Virus record (IMG/VR): IMGVR_UViG_3300033072_000957
Location: 1 to 64,000 of that record
Source: a virus
Lineage: Duplodnaviria > Caudoviricetes
Direction: 5' to 3' (one strand)
DNA: 64,000 nucleotides
Below the pieces are notes generated by a model, which was given only the letters and a program-made list of their open reading frames with translations, did no database searches and was not told the DNA's origin. This document shows, piece by piece, positions 59,157 through 64,000 of the stretch (its first letter is position 1; each line of letters starts with the position of its first letter). The position numbers were made by a program, and so were the translations under genes.

Positions 59157-59191
59157 CTAAAGTTTTTTAAAAGTTTTTTTTTGGTGTTAAA

Positions 59192-59563
59192 TTACTCTAA
59201 TGTTAATAAATAACTTAATTTGTTCACTAAACCTAACATTTCATCTCTTAAATTTAAGAGATTAGTGTCAGTTTCCTCAACTTGGTCTGTAATTTGTATT
59301 AATGCCTCTTTAACTGTATTAATAAAACCTTTAAGGTCTAATTCTGATAAATTGGCTAATTGTATTGTATTTGTTTCGTCATCTAAACTAAAACGACCGT
59401 ATTTTCCCATTGCCTCTTCAACAAAAGAATCGACTAAATCTTGTAATGCGTCATATGTTGAACCAAATGCTTGGTGTCTTGCAAACCCTTTAGTTTGCCA
59501 GTGATTTATTTTTAGTTGACATTGTAACCCTAAAAAAAGGTTTACGTTAGAATTTAAATTCAT
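59192..59563 (-). CDS. Ferritin-like four-helix protein (DUF5856-like)
   Basis: KINHWQTKGFARHQAFGSTYDAL..LVDSFVEEAMGKYGR...LNLRDEML...NKLSYLLTLE. Confidence 0.8.
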   Translation of the reverse strand: MNLNSNVNLFLGLQCQLKINHWQTKGFARHQAFGSTYDALQDLVDSFVEEAMGKYGRFSLDDETNTIQLANLSELDLKGFINTVKEALIQITDQVEETDTNLLNLRDEMLGLVNKLSYLLTLE

Positions 59564-60209
59564 CTTCTTCTTGTTGGTCAGGATTAAAACTTCCTCTCAT
59601 ATTATCTGGTGAATAATTATTCACCTCATCTTTTGTTAGAACATATTCATTTTTACCTGATTGTCTCATTTCACCTTGTTTTTGTGCAAAAAACTGTTGT
59701 GGGTTTTGATTAAATGGATATGAATCTAAAGAACGCATTTCTAATTTTTCTTCTGGTGATTTTTCTTTCATTGCCTCAACTTTAGCACCTAATTGGTCAA
59801 TTTTTGACATAACTTGGTCCATTTCCGCCAATTTTGATTCTAAATCGTTAAGTTTTGTGAAAACTCCGTCCATTTTATCTAAAACATTACCGTGGTCAAC
59901 TCTATTGTCTTCAATGTCTTTTTTGATACTTTTAGTCATATTAACTAAATCTGTAATATCAATTTCTTCAGTTGAATCAATAGGTTCTGCTCCCGCGTCG
60001 GGTGCTGGTGGTAATGCCGCGTCTGGTGCCGCTGCGTCGGGTGCTGCATCAGGTGCTGGTGGTAATCCCGCATCAGGCGCCGCTGCGTCAGGTGCTGGTG
60101 GTAATGGAGCATCAGCTGCCGGTGCATCTTGTTCCATAACTAATTTCTTAGTGTATTTGTTGATTGCTCTGTGACGCATCAACTCTTCGTGTAATTTTTT
60201 CTCTAACAT
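59547..60209 (-). CDS. Hypothetical protein with a Pro/Ala/Asp repeat linker and a coiled coil
   Basis: (PPAPDA)n-type repeats at about 59990-60125. Confidence 0.75.
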   Translation of the reverse strand: MLEKKLHEELMRHRAINKYTKKLVMEQDAPAADAPLPPAPDAAAPDAGLPPAPDAAPDAAAPDAALPPAPDAGAEPIDSTEEIDITDLVNMTKSIKKDIEDNRVDHGNVLDKMDGVFTKLNDLESKLAEMDQVMSKIDQLGAKVEAMKEKSPEEKLEMRSLDSYPFNQNPQQFFAQKQGEMRQSGKNEYVLTKDEVNNYSPDNMRGSFNPDQQEEDEFKF

Positions 60210-60212
60210 AGC

Positions 60213-60416
60213 TTAATCTTGTAATAATTGTCTGCCGTCTTGAGTAACGTATTTTTTATTTATTCTTTCAACAATACCGTCTTTTTCTCTGATTGTATAA
60301 CATTCACCTGTTACTAAATCACATTCTTCTCTCTCCATACCATCGTTAGATACGTTTCTAACTTGTTTAGGATTTAAGAATTGGTCTACTGTGTTATTTA
60401 ATCTATTATTTTCCAT
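60213..60416 (-). CDS. Hypothetical protein
   Basis: 67 aa; CDLVTGEC motif; TATTTATA upstream. Confidence 0.7.
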   Translation of the reverse strand: MENNRLNNTVDQFLNPKQVRNVSNDGMEREECDLVTGECYTIREKDGIVERINKKYVTQDGRQLLQD

Positions 60417-60462
60417 AATATTTCCTTTATAAGTATAAATATCAAGAATATTGTTATTATTC

Positions 60463-63400
60463 TTATTTTAAATTGAAATACAGGACTTGGTCGTCATATA
60501 TACCTAATTCTTTAGCTAAAGCACTTGATATACCAATACCATATCCTGTGGCTTTAGGTCCGACATTTATAGGTCCTTGTATGTTTGATGGTGTAATTGT
60601 GCTTGAAGATATTGGGCCAACATCAACAGTTTTACCGTTTTTAGGATTTAAAAATGATGTAGTTGCTGTAATGATTTTGTTCGCATTTGCAACATCTAAA
60701 TCAAATTTTATTGAATAGAATTTCCTGTCGGTTTTTTCCAATTCTTTCCATAATATCAATGATGGAGATTCTGTTGTACCTGATATTGTTTTAGACGTAA
60801 CTCTACTTAATAGACTCATTTGAATGTTATTGTCTATTTTATAGTTATTACCACCCATTACTGAAACGACTGCTCTGAAATAATCAGCACCCTTATATCT
60901 TACTTTTTGTATGTATTTTTCACCATTATATCCATTATATCTAACACCGAATTCAGTTACTCCACTTTCTTTAATCAATTCCTCACCTGTAACTTGTTGC
61001 TCTTTACCACCCATATCTATAGTAAACACACCTAAATCTGTTGAAATAGACTTTTCGTTTTTAGTATCTCCCGTTAATGTTAGGTCTTGTTCTTTTACTT
61101 TAGCAATTGCCTTTTTAGATAACCTATCAAATAAAGCACGATAGCTAGCCATAAATGAATCTTTAGGGTCAGGTAATGACGCATATGGTATTCTGGTACC
61201 TTTGAATGATGTGTTAATCGTATTTCCTCTAATATTGTGAGTTACTTCTGTAATCCAATATGATCCTCTAAACATTGGAATGTTTTTTAGATAGAAATAC
61301 ATTGTTGGTTGAATCATAACATTACCCATCATACTAACATCACAAGTATATGATGCCTGTCTGTAGATATCGAATAAACCGATATCAACCTGGTATACCG
61401 CTGAACCCGATTCTGACCTACCTAAATTTTCTTGTGCAATAAATGATTCGGTAGTGTTTCTTATTGATGATTGGTCCAATGAGACACCTTTAAACATTGA
61501 TTGATTTTGGTCACCAAAATTTACTTCAAAAGCAACAACCTTATTTGATTTAGATAAATCTCCCGTATTAAACACATCGGGTATTGTTATAACTAATGGA
61601 TTTTTATTTGGGTCTCCAACATTAAAACTATCATTGTTAAATTTATATTTTTCATTAACATCTTTCATATCAAGATGTTTAGATGTTGGTCCCGTATATT
61701 GTATAATAATTTTAGGCGACGACTCTTGGTAATCTACCTCTAAGAACGTACCAAATAAATTTTTAGCAATTTTTTTAGATGGTGTAAGTTTTGTTTTTGT
61801 TGAGAAATTTGTGCCGTAGAAATTTACATAAGCAGGAAGTGCTCTCATATCAAATCCGGTACCTTGTAATAGCATCGATATTACTCCATATAAATTTTGT
61901 TTGTCGTTATTAGGTTCTTCTAATGCAATTAATCTCTCTAAACTTAGATATGTTTTGTCACCAATATCTCTATTTGCTTTATCTAAAAATAAAAACTCTT
62001 CTAATAGTAATCTTTGTCCAATAGAATTACCTGCAACCCATTTATCGTTAAAAGATTTAAAGAAATTATATTGGTCTAATTTTACAGGTGTATCGTTATA
62101 ACCATTTAGAACTGTTTGTTTCAAAGTATTTGTTTTACCTTTTAATCCAACCAGTTTAGAAATTAAAGTATTCATAAATAAATCTCTACGATTTTGAATA
62201 CCGATACCTAATATAGTTGTATATGAAAGAATATTTTGAATCAAATATGTTTGGAATTGTTTTTTTGTTGGTATTGTATTTCCTAATGATTTTCTATACC
62301 CGGCATAAACATAAATTAATGGTCTAAATTGTAATATATTCTCTTCACTTAGTTCAATATTGTTAAGTTCAAAGAAGTCTTTATAATATGTGGTCGTAGT
62401 GCCTGATTGAGGCTCTTCTCCCAAATATAAATCCATTAACTCTTTAGTTCCAGGTTCCCAACTAAAACCAACAGTTGTTCCCGTAGTAAATTGTGGTGTA
62501 TCATATGTATTGTATGTAAATTTATTTTCAGATTTTAATTCTGCAAATCCATTCCATACGTGTAAATCGATTTCTTTAGGATTTCCAATTGTAATTTTTA
62601 TTAAATTAGAATCGGATAATATAGTGGTTGTAATATCTTTTAAATTGGTTAATTGTCTATTTCTAAAAGAATTAATTTGTAACTGAACATTTGTTTCTTC
62701 TGTTTCCTGTCTTTTAATTGTTACAATACCTTTTAATAAATCTTGGAAATTATCATATTTAACTTTTTCAAACTTCTTATATGGAATTTCAACATTAACT
62801 CTTTCGGATGCAAAGTCTAAGAAATACTCTTCAAATTTATCCAATATCTGTGGACTGAATGTCGCAATCAAATCAAAGACCTTTTTGAATTGAATGCTTG
62901 AATCCATAACTAAGTAATCATTAAATTTAGTGTCTCTGTGATGTTCGTTATATGATGGAAAAGTTTTTCCACTAAATGTAGTATACACTGTTTCATCAGT
63001 CCATAATATTCTAAATGATGCCTGATTTAAAGTGTCGCCACTAACTAACCCGATGTTTGCGGCGTTGTTTGCACCAACAGATGGTAATAATGTGAAATGC
63101 GTTTCACTACCATTTGTTAAACCCGAACTACTTGTAAATGTTGTCCAATAATTTTTATCGTCACCGATTCTTGTTTTATAATGAATAATGTCTCCGTGAT
63201 TTGTTCTTCCCGTGTATGAATTAATACCACCAAGAAAATTATTCACATAATCAAAATGGTTATATCCATTAACTATTTGGTGATAAATTGCATCATATAC
63301 AGGATGTATTCCTACATTAAACGAATCATTATAAGATATCGTATCTAAACCTACATCAACACTTGATAATCCTACACCATAATCTGAACCAGTAAAAATT

Positions 63401-64000
63401 GCATCGATATCAATAGGGGTTGTTACTCCTGATATGATATCTATATTTTCTGTGAGATATTTTTTATATCTATGATATTGTGAACCCCACTTTAACATCA
63501 AGTGATAAGGTACATAGTGGCTTGCACCAATTTCTTTAAACACATCACACATTCTTACATTTCCCAATCCACTATATGATAACTCATCTTGTAAATCTTT
63601 GAATGGTAATGAGTTTAATAACAAATATGCCGAACCCGCATATTTTCCATAAGATGACGTTGTATTAAAATCACTAAACAATTGTTTATGGAAATATGGT
63701 GTGTTTAAAATATTAACAGAACTAAATAAACCATCAGATGTATCTAAATCTAATTTCTTCGCAAATAAATCAGTTGTATAACCATCTTGAACCCACATAG
63801 GTGAATTAATTACCGAACCAATAAATCCTTCTTTTGTATTAACCTTTAAAAATCCACCAAAATTTTCAATTTGATATTTTGTTTTATTTAGATATGAAAG
63901 ATATAGTTTAGAATTAAATGGGTATAATTGATTTCTATACGGCTCTGAAATATAATTTATTAAATTATTATTTAAATTTTTAAATAAGATATCATTGTCG
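60463..64000 (-). CDS. Very large baseplate-hub-like protein, truncated at the right edge
   Basis: The frame stays open from 63798 to the window end. GSYWITEVTHNI resembles the hub/late-control beta-barrel signature; the C-terminal IGISSALAKELGI suggests a double-psi barrel. Confidence 0.7.
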   Translation of the reverse strand, partial: DNDILFKNLNNNLINYISEPYRNQLYPFNSKLYLSYLNKTKYQIENFGGFLKVNTKEGFIGSVINSPMWVQDGYTTDLFAKKLDLDTSDGLFSSVNILNTPYFHKQLFSDFNTTSSYGKYAGSAYLLLNSLPFKDLQDELSYSGLGNVRMCDVFKEIGASHYVPYHLMLKWGSQYHRYKKYLTENIDIISGVTTPIDIDAIFTGSDYGVGLSSVDVGLDTISYNDSFNVGIHPVYDAIYHQIVNGYNHFDYVNNFLGGINSYTGRTNHGDIIHYKTRIGDDKNYWTTFTSSSGLTNGSETHFTLLPSVGANNAANIGLVSGDTLNQASFRILWTDETVYTTFSGKTFPSYNEHHRDTKFNDYLVMDSSIQFKKVFDLIATFSPQILDKFEEYFLDFASERVNVEIPYKKFEKVKYDNFQDLLKGIVTIKRQETEETNVQLQINSFRNRQLTNLKDITTTILSDSNLIKITIGNPKEIDLHVWNGFAELKSENKFTYNTYDTPQFTTGTTVGFSWEPGTKELMDLYLGEEPQSGTTTTYYKDFFELNNIELSEENILQFRPLIYVYAGYRKSLGNTIPTKKQFQTYLIQNILSYTTILGIGIQNRRDLFMNTLISKLVGLKGKTNTLKQTVLNGYNDTPVKLDQYNFFKSFNDKWVAGNSIGQRLLLEEFLFLDKANRDIGDKTYLSLERLIALEEPNNDKQNLYGVISMLLQGTGFDMRALPAYVNFYGTNFSTKTKLTPSKKIAKNLFGTFLEVDYQESSPKIIIQYTGPTSKHLDMKDVNEKYKFNNDSFNVGDPNKNPLVITIPDVFNTGDLSKSNKVVAFEVNFGDQNQSMFKGVSLDQSSIRNTTESFIAQENLGRSESGSAVYQVDIGLFDIYRQASYTCDVSMMGNVMIQPTMYFYLKNIPMFRGSYWITEVTHNIRGNTINTSFKGTRIPYASLPDPKDSFMASYRALFDRLSKKAIAKVKEQDLTLTGDTKNEKSISTDLGVFTIDMGGKEQQVTGEELIKESGVTEFGVRYNGYNGEKYIQKVRYKGADYFRAVVSVMGGNNYKIDNNIQMSLLSRVTSKTISGTTESPSLILWKELEKTDRKFYSIKFDLDVANANKIITATTSFLNPKNGKTVDVGPISSSTITPSNIQGPINVGPKATGYGIGISSALAKELGIYDDQVLYFNLK

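Noticed and set aside
1-64000. Alternative genetic code (stop-codon recoding, as seen in some jumbo phages)
   Set aside because: Code 11 gives long intact genes and near-complete coding density; conserved enzymes are not fragmented.

Overview
This 64 kb window is AT-rich (about 30% GC by eye), densely coding, and almost entirely on the minus strand. It reads cleanly in genetic code 11. It looks like part of a large T4-like (myovirus-type, jumbo-sized) bacteriophage genome, probably infecting Bacteroidota; the host call rests on a Bacteroidota-type sigma70, an Hc1-like histone, few recognisable Shine-Dalgarno sites and a TATATTTG -7 box. Left to right it contains: a truncated virion protein; a redox and regulatory block (glutaredoxin, thioredoxin, AAA ATPase, NusG, Dam-like MTase); acidic head-associated hypotheticals; an amidase-like and spanin-like lysis block flanking a sigma factor; a second adenine MTase and ClpP; an SbcC/SbcD, exonuclease, primase and RuvC-like block; about 25 kb of tail and baseplate genes with mucin-like Thr-Pro arrays, ending in gp6- and gp25-like genes; nrdAB; DnaB, 5'-3' exonuclease, RecA and gp32-like genes; and a truncated baseplate-hub-like gene. 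The most striking signal is an orphan NlaIII/IceA1-family (CATG) endonuclease inside the SbcCD block, in a window where I could find no CATG at all. Other leads are a probable -1 frameshift at A-AAA-AAG-TAA, two candidate structured RNAs, and a recurrent TATTTAT upstream motif. I saw no tRNA, rRNA, CRISPR array, integrase or intron. All family assignments come from motif recognition by eye, not database searches.
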